From IMG/VR virus record IMGVR_UViG_3300003402_000002, positions 1-64,000 of that record: a stretch of 64,000 nt of DNA, one strand, 5' to 3'. Position 1 is the stretch's first letter, and every line of letters starts with the position of its first letter. The position numbers and the translations under genes are program-made. The notes under the pieces were generated by a model, which was not told where the DNA came from, did not search any database, and saw nothing but the letters and a program-made list of their open reading frames with translations. The DNA comes from an uncultured virus (IMG/VR IMGVR_UViG_3300003402_000002). Its lineage: Duplodnaviria > Heunggongvirae > Uroviricota > Caudoviricetes. Shown one piece after another: positions 56,799 to 64,000 of this stretch.

Positions 56799-57311
56799 TT
56801 AATTGGCGAGGACAATGGACGCGCCTTCGACAGTGGTAATTGGTGCGCCCTCTACCGTGAGTAGAGCACCTTGAGCTATAGCGGTCAGGAGGAGAGATAT
56901 GGACAGCGAGCCGTTGAAAATAATCGAGTCAGCCCGTGGGGTAAGATCGACGCTTATAGAAGATTCCCCCTCTACCCGATTAATAGGAGTATCCAAGAAT
57001 TCTTCGGGGTCCAAAAAGCGTCCTGCCCGTGCAGCAATACGCGGTACGAGCATACGTACTGTGGTTTCCTCGAGATCATCAAATGACGTATCGGTGAGCT
57101 GACAGTACTGATCGACGTCCAAGCGATAAAAGAATAGGTTCCGCTGAACGCCCGAGTTCTTAAAAGTTAAGGATAGTTTGGTGTTACGACCGTTGTCGTT
57201 AACCACCGTAACACTATCAACGGTAACTTGGTTGGATGTGATAACCAAATTACTCTTGACTCCCCATTCGTTAAGGAGAGTTTGCAGTGGATTTTCGTAA
57301 GGCGATGACAC
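56799..57311 (-). CDS. gp131-family-like virion protein with C-terminal (L/I)xTVEG repeat
   Basis: GRNTKL, FFYRLDV, LTPRADSIIFNG; LLTVEGAPITTVEGASI terminus; GTG start with GGGGAG RBS. Confidence 0.55.
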   Translation of the reverse strand: MSSPYENPLQTLLNEWGVKSNLVITSNQVTVDSVTVVNDNGRNTKLSLTFKNSGVQRNLFFYRLDVDQYCQLTDTSFDDLEETTVRMLVPRIAARAGRFLDPEEFLDTPINRVEGESSISVDLTPRADSIIFNGSLSISLLLTAIAQGALLTVEGAPITTVEGASIVLAN

Positions 57312-57378
57312 TACTGTCTCCCCTTTAAAGGGTGGGTGAGGACTCCTGTTAAAGCCGTACGAAGCATCCCTCCGTACG

Positions 57379-57445
57379 GTCACTCATAGGAATGAGTGAC
57401 ATAGACTCCCTCCTGGACTCTAATAAGGTCCAGGAGGGAGTCTAT
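57379..57445. terminator. tandem intergenic hairpins
   Basis: GTCACTCAT/ATGAGTGAC and 18-bp ATAGACTCCCTCCTGGAC/GTCCAGGAGGGAGTCTAT. Confidence 0.65.
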
Positions 57446-57449
57446 AGTC

Positions 57450-57800
57450 TTATCTCGTCAAACGTTGTAGATGAAACTGAGCACTCACCAGTTCTTCAGT
57501 GATCTGCTCTTCAGTGAATTCCTTACCTAACTGAATGTGTTTGGCGGTCCGACACCGATCTACCGCTCTAAGAAACTCATCCAGGTCACCCCATACCGTG
57601 TAAGGGTTGAGTTCGAAGAGCTCCTTGTCGGTTTCTGTCAGGCGGACTTTCAGATAGCACAGGTAATCGTCTGGATTCAAGCACCGCGAGATGGCTTCAT
57701 GGGCGGAGTTAAACGTGAAGAGCTTGAGGTGTTCTTCCGTGTCTCCTGATCCGTAGCGGCGAATCTCATAGGCGTCGTAGTAGTAAATACCCATTCCCAC
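57450..57800 (-). CDS. hypothetical protein
   Basis: AGGAG RBS just after the nrdJ stop. Confidence 0.6.
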   Translation of the reverse strand: MGMGIYYYDAYEIRRYGSGDTEEHLKLFTFNSAHEAISRCLNPDDYLCYLKVRLTETDKELFELNPYTVWGDLDEFLRAVDRCRTAKHIQLGKEFTEEQITEELVSAQFHLQRLTR

Positions 57801-57809
57801 TGACTCCTG

Positions 57810-60047
57810 TCAAGCCCAACTGATCTCGCAGGCTCCGCCATTGCATCCGACAGCCCCCATTGTGTCCACTTCGGTGTACTTCTGTTGGTTCAAGTCCATC
57901 GCGAAATCTACGAACTTGAGACTCTTCTCGATACCATCCCAACGGTGAAGGTTATACACGTCTTTGAGACAGTAAGAGGCTTTGAGTAGATCACCTTCAA
58001 AGTGCGCCTTAGCGAACTTCTTGAAGCGACGTACCCAGTCGCGCTTGGTAAGATCTTTGGAGTCTTCGGCGTTCAGTTCCTCACCGTGACCCATGGCCGT
58101 GTCACATGCAGTCCAGAGATTGCTGTTGAAAGCATGCATGCCGTCAACGATCAACCCAGAGGCGAACATCGAGGCGGTGCTATACATCTCCACGAGCTGT
58201 TTCGCTGTAAACACCTGAGTGAACGGAGCCTGCGGGTAATCCCGATCGCCGGAAGCACCCAGGAGCGAAATACCAGCGAAACTATAGCGGTTCTGGTAAA
58301 TGTACTCCTCGACTTCTTCCCAGTTGTCCACTGAGATCGTGTTGGAGACGTTGTGGCGCAGACGCTTATCCGTGCAGAGCGATTCGTCCGTGCCGGTCTC
58401 CACCCAAAACGCCTGAGCGCGTTTGACGTATTCCAGCTGCTTGACGCCGTACAAGTCGCTCTTGTAGATCGACCCAGGTTTGGTAGTGATCGGGAAACCG
58501 ACCACCACGTCGGTCTTGTTAGGTGACCACACCGAGTCTTCACACATCTTGGGATTGGTGGTCATCAAGAGTTCAGTGACAGCATCTTGCTTGTTCATCT
58601 GGACGTTACGGATGTACCGAGGTGCGTGTTCACCATGGATACCCGAAGCGCAACCCAGAAGTACGGAAGCATTTCCACTCGGCTTCACTACCGTGGAACG
58701 AGCAGACGGATTGATACCGATTAATTTAGCGACTTTTCGATTGACTTCTTTGATCAACGTGGCTCCGTCTTTGAGGTTGTTTTCATCAAAGAGAACCTCT
58801 GGATTGTTCATCCAGCCAGTGATCGAACAACCCAGAAGAGCTTCACGGCGAGTGATCTCCTCAGAAGCCGAACCCAGGTAAGCGAAGTCGGTGTAACCAG
58901 CCTGGAGCGTACCGAGAATGCCTGAAGCCTTACAGGCGTAAAGGAAGGACTCTCGATCGACGGCAATGCCGCCGTTGATTTCGGTTAGGTTGCATGCCTG
59001 GAAACCATAACGTCCATCTTCAGTAATGCCGCGCATACCTACTTCCACGCACGGATTGTACGTGAATTCCTTATCGTCCGTAAAGACGAATCCTGGCTCA
59101 CCGAAGTTTCGAACGGACTGCATGATGCCAGCCCATTCGTCACGAGTAAGCTCGTCGCGGACGATAAGGACAGAATTGTTAGAACGCCCACGCTGGGGAT
59201 TCTCGATGAACCACCGACCAGTCTTTGCCGCCAGCATCTCCTGATCGTCCTTGCTGAACAAGCAGATCGTTGCTGCTCGACGGATACCGCCCGACAACAC
59301 GGCGTCGGCCATGTGCATCACGAAGTCATAAACGTCGATAGGACGCAACTGGGTGGTGATCGTGTCTTTTTGATTGGTGATGTGGTTCAAAAGTTCCCGA
59401 CACTTCTCTAGAGAACGCACCAGTCCATCCGGACCCGGAGCCTTGAAACCACCTGAGATCAACGCTCCACGAGGACGGACCTGCGAAACGTCGAAATGGA
59501 CTACCTTACCTTCATATTCCGGGAACGTACTACCGTGCGTCAGATACGAAGAAATCAACACGCCGAAAGCGTCAGCCCAACCTTCGATACTGTCGCCCAC
59601 GATGTGTGCCTTAGCGTCGCCCTTGTTAGGCGCCTTCACCGGCGGAATCTGTGCGACATGATGTTTTTGTACCGAGAACCCCACACCGCAGCCTGCTAGC
59701 AGTAAGTACATGGTTTGCTGGAAGAACTCAACACGGTTAGCTGCCGTTGAACTACAGTTGTACAACTTCGCGTTGTGGGCGAAGATCTGTGGACCCCCAA
59801 ACTGGAGCGCTCGCTGAGACCCCAAGACGCTCTTTTTCTTATAAGCGACTTCGGCGAAATCAATCAGTTCCTTTAGCTCAGGAGTCATCTGTGCTTCGTA
59901 CTTCAAGCGGTGCATGTCCATGACACGCTCGACCGCTTCTTCCCAGGTCTCGTATCTGTTCCTTGCTGGGTCCCATCGCGAATATCCCATATAGAACTTG
60001 GAATCCGCCATCATTTTAGCGGCGCTTTGGGATGTTGCGTTATTCAT
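57810..60047 (-). CDS. nrdJ: class II (adenosylcobalamin-dependent, monomeric RTPR-type) ribonucleotide reductase
   Basis: LYNCS, GCGVGFS, GGIRRAA, NPCVE, CNLTEIN, KPSGN, HNVSNTI, C-terminal GCNGGACE; no nrdB nearby. Confidence 0.88.
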   Translation of the reverse strand: MNNATSQSAAKMMADSKFYMGYSRWDPARNRYETWEEAVERVMDMHRLKYEAQMTPELKELIDFAEVAYKKKSVLGSQRALQFGGPQIFAHNAKLYNCSSTAANRVEFFQQTMYLLLAGCGVGFSVQKHHVAQIPPVKAPNKGDAKAHIVGDSIEGWADAFGVLISSYLTHGSTFPEYEGKVVHFDVSQVRPRGALISGGFKAPGPDGLVRSLEKCRELLNHITNQKDTITTQLRPIDVYDFVMHMADAVLSGGIRRAATICLFSKDDQEMLAAKTGRWFIENPQRGRSNNSVLIVRDELTRDEWAGIMQSVRNFGEPGFVFTDDKEFTYNPCVEVGMRGITEDGRYGFQACNLTEINGGIAVDRESFLYACKASGILGTLQAGYTDFAYLGSASEEITRREALLGCSITGWMNNPEVLFDENNLKDGATLIKEVNRKVAKLIGINPSARSTVVKPSGNASVLLGCASGIHGEHAPRYIRNVQMNKQDAVTELLMTTNPKMCEDSVWSPNKTDVVVGFPITTKPGSIYKSDLYGVKQLEYVKRAQAFWVETGTDESLCTDKRLRHNVSNTISVDNWEEVEEYIYQNRYSFAGISLLGASGDRDYPQAPFTQVFTAKQLVEMYSTASMFASGLIVDGMHAFNSNLWTACDTAMGHGEELNAEDSKDLTKRDWVRRFKKFAKAHFEGDLLKASYCLKDVYNLHRWDGIEKSLKFVDFAMDLNQQKYTEVDTMGAVGCNGGACEISWA

Positions 60048-60161
60048 GAAAAACTCCAGTGTGGACGGGGGTGTAGGCGTGTCTAAAAGAAACCCCTTTA
60101 GGCATAACCTAGAGCGAGTTGGTTTTATTCCACACCGTGCCCTCGAGAGAAAACGAGGGAC

Positions 60162-60194
60162 AAAAACCCAGTGCATCTTGCGAGTGCACTGGGT
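60162..60194 (-). terminator. intrinsic terminator after phoH
   Basis: ACCCAGTGCA/TGCACTGGGT followed by TTTT. Confidence 0.7.
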
Positions 60195-60206
60195 CGATTC
60201 TTCGTA

Positions 60207-60986
60207 CTACTTTTCGAACACCTTCCGGTGCCGATAACGCATTAAAATGTCCTTGACAAGACCGCTTCTTACCACATCCTCTTCTGTGAACTCCACGACG
60301 CCAACTTGTTCTAGACCTTCAAGGATTTCCAGAGCGTCAAGAAGACCTGAGCGGGTCTTGATGTCGACTTGTTCGACGTCACCCTGGATGATACACTGCG
60401 TATCCTCTCCTAGACGAGTTAGGAACGTTTTCATCTGGGCACAGCTGAGGTTCTGGGCTTCGTCAAGAACCACAAGAGCATTCTTGAACGTGCGTCCGCG
60501 AATGAATTCCGGCGGAACAAACACCACACGTGGGAACTTACCGTAAAGTAAACTCTCGACATGGGTTTTACCGTAGTGCTCTTCCAGCACTTCGAGAAAA
60601 GGGATTTGATAGGGAGCCGTCTTCTGTGACTCATCTCCAGGGAGGAATCCTAAACCACCACCAGCTTCGATGATGGGTCGAACCACCACAATACGCTCAA
60701 TACGCCGAGCGTCCAGTTCTTGTGCGGCGTATTTCATAGACAGGTAGGTCTTACCCACACCCGCTACACCTAGGCCCAAGACTATCTGTTTGCACCGTAA
60801 CAAGTCGACAAACAACGCTTGTTTGGCATTCAGACATTTCAACGGACTAACCTCTTGTCGTTGCCAGGACTCTACCGCCCGCAGTTTGGCGGACTTGGCA
60901 CGCTGAGGCGCCTGCTCGGTCGTGGCCAGCGCTTGCGCGGCACGGTTACGACGGCTGGACTTGGTCTTGGAGCTTGTTTTAGCCAT
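60207..60986 (-). CDS. phoH: PhoH-like ATPase
   Basis: GVAGVGKT, RP....LGFLPGD..K..PY, FIRGRTF, LDEAQN, TRLG, GD..Q.D, VVRSGLVK. Confidence 0.93.
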   Translation of the reverse strand: MAKTSSKTKSSRRNRAAQALATTEQAPQRAKSAKLRAVESWQRQEVSPLKCLNAKQALFVDLLRCKQIVLGLGVAGVGKTYLSMKYAAQELDARRIERIVVVRPIIEAGGGLGFLPGDESQKTAPYQIPFLEVLEEHYGKTHVESLLYGKFPRVVFVPPEFIRGRTFKNALVVLDEAQNLSCAQMKTFLTRLGEDTQCIIQGDVEQVDIKTRSGLLDALEILEGLEQVGVVEFTEEDVVRSGLVKDILMRYRHRKVFEK

Positions 60987-61088
60987 AGGTATCGAACCCC
61001 TATTGGTGATACGAAATCGCCTGCTTTTGAGGTCAGGAGACTCAGATGTCTTCTCTCTCCATAGGATCAAACAAAAAAGAAAATGACA

Positions 61089-61121
61089 GCATACAGAGGG
61101 GGCTAAAAGCCCCCTCTGTAT
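61089..61121 (-). terminator. intergenic hairpin with TATGC tag
   Basis: ATACAGAGGGGGCT/AGCCCCCTCTGTAT. Confidence 0.7.
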
Positions 61122-61128
61122 CTGAAAG

Positions 61129-61971
61129 TCAGTACTCGAAGTACGTTTTGGCGAACTGCGTGAACTTCAGAAGCCGCCAGACGGCATCTTTAGCCTCGTC
61201 AAAAGGTGCTTTTCTATAAAGTTCGGTACTGTAGGAGGGTGAGCTCTCCGGATCCTTTCGGTCGGTCGGTCGTGAACGCGCGATCCACGAAGTATCCAGA
61301 AGAGGATCGTAGGTCAGTTCTATTTCTCGATTCGTAAACCCATCCATTAGGACGTTCAGTACCGGACGATTGTCGCCGAGCTCTTGTATTGAGAGTCTTC
61401 GCACACCATAGACAGCCCCAGCTCCCAAGATCTCCGCAAACATCAAATTCGACGAGTTTGGCTGTCTTGATCTTGGAACGTTGCTGTGACCACGAACCAT
61501 AGTGTCAAGGAAGGTTTCTTCGGTCAAAAGATTGCAATAGTCACTGAGTTGCTGGAGGGTAACGGAATCGAGTCGTCCGGTTAAGACCTTCCAGTAACGA
61601 CTGTGGTCTAAAACTTTCTCGTATCGGGCGAAGACCTTCTCGATCGCGCCGTAATACTTCTTGGGAATCTCGTCTCCGTCGAAGCGGAATATCAATGTCA
61701 AATGTTCGGGTTCGGGGACCAATACGGCATTCCCCGACAATGTAGACCAGATCTGGGGTTCGGTATCCTGTGCGTCGGAGAAAGAGTCCGGTAAAATCGA
61801 ACGAGGCATTTGGTAGAGGCTTTTCTCACTTGCATCGTGAGTGACATTGCAGCGTATGAAAGGAAGTTTTGCAGACTCCGCTCGTTCTTGAGTCAACCCC
61901 AATAACAAGTTGAATTTCAACTGAACCAAACTACCTTCGAAATCCAGTTCGTTGTCGTTGATGTAGGGCAT
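61129..61971 (-). CDS. hypothetical protein
   Basis: ATG at 61971 with AGGA RBS, downstream of a hairpin. Confidence 0.6.
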   Translation of the reverse strand: MPYINDNELDFEGSLVQLKFNLLLGLTQERAESAKLPFIRCNVTHDASEKSLYQMPRSILPDSFSDAQDTEPQIWSTLSGNAVLVPEPEHLTLIFRFDGDEIPKKYYGAIEKVFARYEKVLDHSRYWKVLTGRLDSVTLQQLSDYCNLLTEETFLDTMVRGHSNVPRSRQPNSSNLMFAEILGAGAVYGVRRLSIQELGDNRPVLNVLMDGFTNREIELTYDPLLDTSWIARSRPTDRKDPESSPSYSTELYRKAPFDEAKDAVWRLLKFTQFAKTYFEY

Positions 61972-61996
61972 GGCGGTTTCCTGAAAAGTGGGGTGG

Positions 61997-62041
61997 GCAT
62001 AAGTACGACTGGAGGGGCTTAAAGCCCCTCCAGTCGTATGC
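61997..62041. terminator. intergenic hairpin with GCATA/TATGC flanks
   Basis: 17-bp stem TACGACTGGAGGGGCTT/AAGCCCCTCCAGTCGTA. Confidence 0.7.
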
Positions 62042-62048
62042 GGTTGAT

Positions 62049-62357
62049 TCAAACTTTACTGGTCGCAAAACGTCGATTGACCACGGTATAGTTATCGTAG
62101 TCGATGTAGTGGTAGTCGTGGTCCTGACGTAGGGTCAGTTGCTCACGTAAGACCACCAGGAAGCGATTGTGAGGGGTTATTTGACCGGCACCCCAGGCGC
62201 CGCCAGGAGCGCGTCCAAGCGTCTCTAATGAGCTGTCAGAGAGCAGGCGCACACGCAGGGTGGAGTTCTTATTACTGACCGAATGCAGGGCAATTTTCCC
62301 CATACGGTGGTTGATCATCACGATCTTGTCACGTTGGAAGTCCATGGGCACTCTCAA
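62049..62357 (-). CDS. hypothetical protein
   Basis: 102-aa ORF bounded by hairpins; alternative ATG at 62345. Confidence 0.5.
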   Translation of the reverse strand: MRVPMDFQRDKIVMINHRMGKIALHSVSNKNSTLRVRLLSDSSLETLGRAPGGAWGAGQITPHNRFLVVLREQLTLRQDHDYHYIDYDNYTVVNRRFATSKV

Positions 62358-62421
62358 GGTCAGAAGGTTACGAATCCACTGTGGTCGGAGACCGGTTATC
62401 TATACAATCACGAGAATTGAA

Positions 62422-62451
62422 AAGTATCGGTGGGTGTACACCCACCGATAC
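62422..62451 (-). terminator. palindromic hairpin
   Basis: AGTATCGGTGGGTGT/ACACCCACCGATACT followed by TTTC on the minus strand. Confidence 0.65.
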
Positions 62452-62460
62452 TACTTGTGT

Positions 62461-63105
62461 TCAGTCCACTGGGGGTATGAGGTTGGTCGGTGCGTTGACA
62501 CTCACATCCGCTATCGTCTGAGACTCTACACCGTGTTCACGACGCCATGCTTCGTATTCAGCTCGTCGTTCGGATTCTCGCAGGTCGTAGACACGAATGG
62601 CGTCTGCCTGACCCTCCTGACTCACCGCCTGGATGACTTCGTCCTGACTGAGTTGACCGTCCGCCACAGCCAGCGCCAGGACGGTCAACAAGCGCTTGAT
62701 ACTGCCTGGGTTGGGAGGATCGAACAAACGAGCGTCGTCTCCACCACTGAGTCCATCGGCTGTATAGACCCCAAAGTGTCCGATGACGACATTGCGCGCC
62801 AGAGCATCTGGATCGAAGTCCTCGTCCCGACCACAACGCGTGGCTGCCTTGATACCACTTCGGATACCCGGTTGCAGTAAGTCTTCGAAATACCGTCGTG
62901 CGCGACATCCACCGATCAGCAGTTCGTAGGTCGGATTTGGTGTGAAGCCCTGTTCGTCCATTTCGTACAGCCAGTGGTCTTTAGGCAGCGGCATAGACAT
63001 CGTCGCAAACACATTACCGTCGCCCAGATTGTTTACGCACTCGTGGATCGTACCGCCGCAAACATCAGCGATCTCAGAGATAATGTCCGGAGTTTTGTTA
63101 TGCAT
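62461..63105 (-). CDS. hypothetical protein with a phage-type domain of unknown function
   Basis: SMPLPKDHWLY...AATRCGRDEDFDPDAL motif resembles uncharacterised phage proteins (recalled, not searched). Confidence 0.6.
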   Translation of the reverse strand: MHNKTPDIISEIADVCGGTIHECVNNLGDGNVFATMSMPLPKDHWLYEMDEQGFTPNPTYELLIGGCRARRYFEDLLQPGIRSGIKAATRCGRDEDFDPDALARNVVIGHFGVYTADGLSGGDDARLFDPPNPGSIKRLLTVLALAVADGQLSQDEVIQAVSQEGQADAIRVYDLRESERRAEYEAWRREHGVESQTIADVSVNAPTNLIPPVD

Positions 63106-63676
63106 GGTCAGTCACCGCGTCGATTTGGAAAAAGCCACTGTAGTGGGCAGCAAGTGCTTCGCTGAGGATGCACGAAGCAGCGTCAGGACGGATCCCCTCG
63201 GGGAGCGTTATGGTGAGCTTGTGTTGTTTTTCTTGCTGTCGAGGACGACGTTCCAAGAACAAAGCGGAACGTTCACTGTGTTTCAGACGTTCGCCATTAA
63301 GCTTTTCCACCGACAACGTCGGTACTGACATGCCTGGCGCGTAGAAGAAAACGTGGTCGACTTCTTCGATCAATGCAGGTAAACGCGCTGCAAAGTACGG
63401 CGAATAGATGAAGTAGACTCGACCACCCTGGAGTGCAGATTGCCGCAGGCGGTGAAGTAACTCCATTGCATCATCTAGTCGGCCCGTGGCCGTATCTTTA
63501 GCTTGGAAGCTCGGATAGAGCTCGGGTGGGAGATTCTGGGCCAGTAGTTCAATATGGCTGTCGATATACCGCTTATCGACTTGGCTGTGCTTAAGGCACA
63601 AGGCCAGACCAGGTTTGAGCACTGAGACCCCAGGCAAGATTCCTTCGGGAATCTGGACGCCTTCGGAGTGATCCAT
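63098..63676 (-). CDS. hypothetical protein
   Basis: 192-aa ORF with AGGA RBS; overlaps the start of the next gene. Confidence 0.55.
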   Translation of the reverse strand: MDHSEGVQIPEGILPGVSVLKPGLALCLKHSQVDKRYIDSHIELLAQNLPPELYPSFQAKDTATGRLDDAMELLHRLRQSALQGGRVYFIYSPYFAARLPALIEEVDHVFFYAPGMSVPTLSVEKLNGERLKHSERSALFLERRPRQQEKQHKLTITLPEGIRPDAASCILSEALAAHYSGFFQIDAVTDHA

Positions 63677-63745
63677 AGTGGTTTCCTAGTGAAGGACGGT
63701 TTCACACAACCGTCGGGAGCGAGTCTTTACGAGACTAACGGCGCT

Positions 63746-64000
63746 TTAACCTTTCGGCCAGAACGCATGACCTTGCGAAGTGGACTGAGCGAAGTTATAG
63801 TGTCTAACTCCTTCAGGATATTCGCAGCAAGCCGGGTAAATCAGTCCAATCCAGAAACTATGTTTAGCAGGTGCATGGAGGGTATTGCAGGATGGACACA
63901 TCCAACGATAGCCGCCTCGTACAGTGAAACCCAGTAAGTCTCTATCGCCTGGAACAATGCTACGGTCGCAGAGATCGTAGCGTTCGTTGACGACGTGCTT
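63746..64000 (-). CDS. hypothetical CxxC protein, partial (5' end outside window)
   Basis: Read by hand: open frame ...RWMCPSCNTLH...PACCEYP...FWPKG*. Confidence 0.5.
   Translation of the reverse strand, partial: KHVVNERYDLCDRSIVPGDRDLLGFTVRGGYRWMCPSCNTLHAPAKHSFWIGLIYPACCEYPEGVRHYNFAQSTSQGHAFWPKG

Noticed and set aside
34607..60047. Inteins or introns in the RNAP subunit, DnaB or RNR
   Set aside because: Lengths and motif spacing look uninterrupted; no C...HN-C/S/T insertion or homing endonuclease seen
60048..60206. Cobalamin riboswitch upstream of nrdJ
   Set aside because: No B12-box-like sequence recognised; the region holds an ordinary terminator and a small hairpin
1..64000. Scattered ambiguous 'n' bases
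   Set aside because: Single positions spread over many gene classes with frames preserved; most consistent with consensus ambiguity, and not interpretable without reads
1..64000. Stop-codon reassignment
   Set aside because: Genes are full length in the standard code, and TAA, TGA and TAG all end genes

Overview
This is a 64 kb segment of a phiKZ-like jumbo phage genome (probably Chimalliviridae, the nucleus-forming group; inferred from gene content, and chimallin itself is not in the window). The first 42 kb carries phiKZ-type core genes: an SbcC/Rad50 ATPase, a spike-like protein, two NPH-repeat tail proteins, RuvC, three fibres with S74 chaperones, a gp131-like paralog cluster, a baseplate-like protein, the portal, a non-virion RNAP beta-type subunit, the major capsid protein and a DnaB helicase. 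The remainder is accessory: DHFR, CYTH, LysM, a SleB-like lipoprotein hydrolase, a holin-like protein, a 1657-aa multi-domain putative polysaccharide depolymerase, a class II RNR and PhoH. The main points of interest are (1) a putative tail-tip adhesin fused through Gly11 to a non-canonical Hint (intein-like) autoprocessing domain, (2) a possible adaptor/depolymerase display pair, (3) over 20 long intergenic hairpins, most carrying a TATG tag and often lacking a U-tract, (4) an S74-like chaperone that has lost its catalytic dyad, and (5) a structured leader upstream of the hydrolase. All homology calls come from motif recognition and synteny recalled from known phages; no searches were run.
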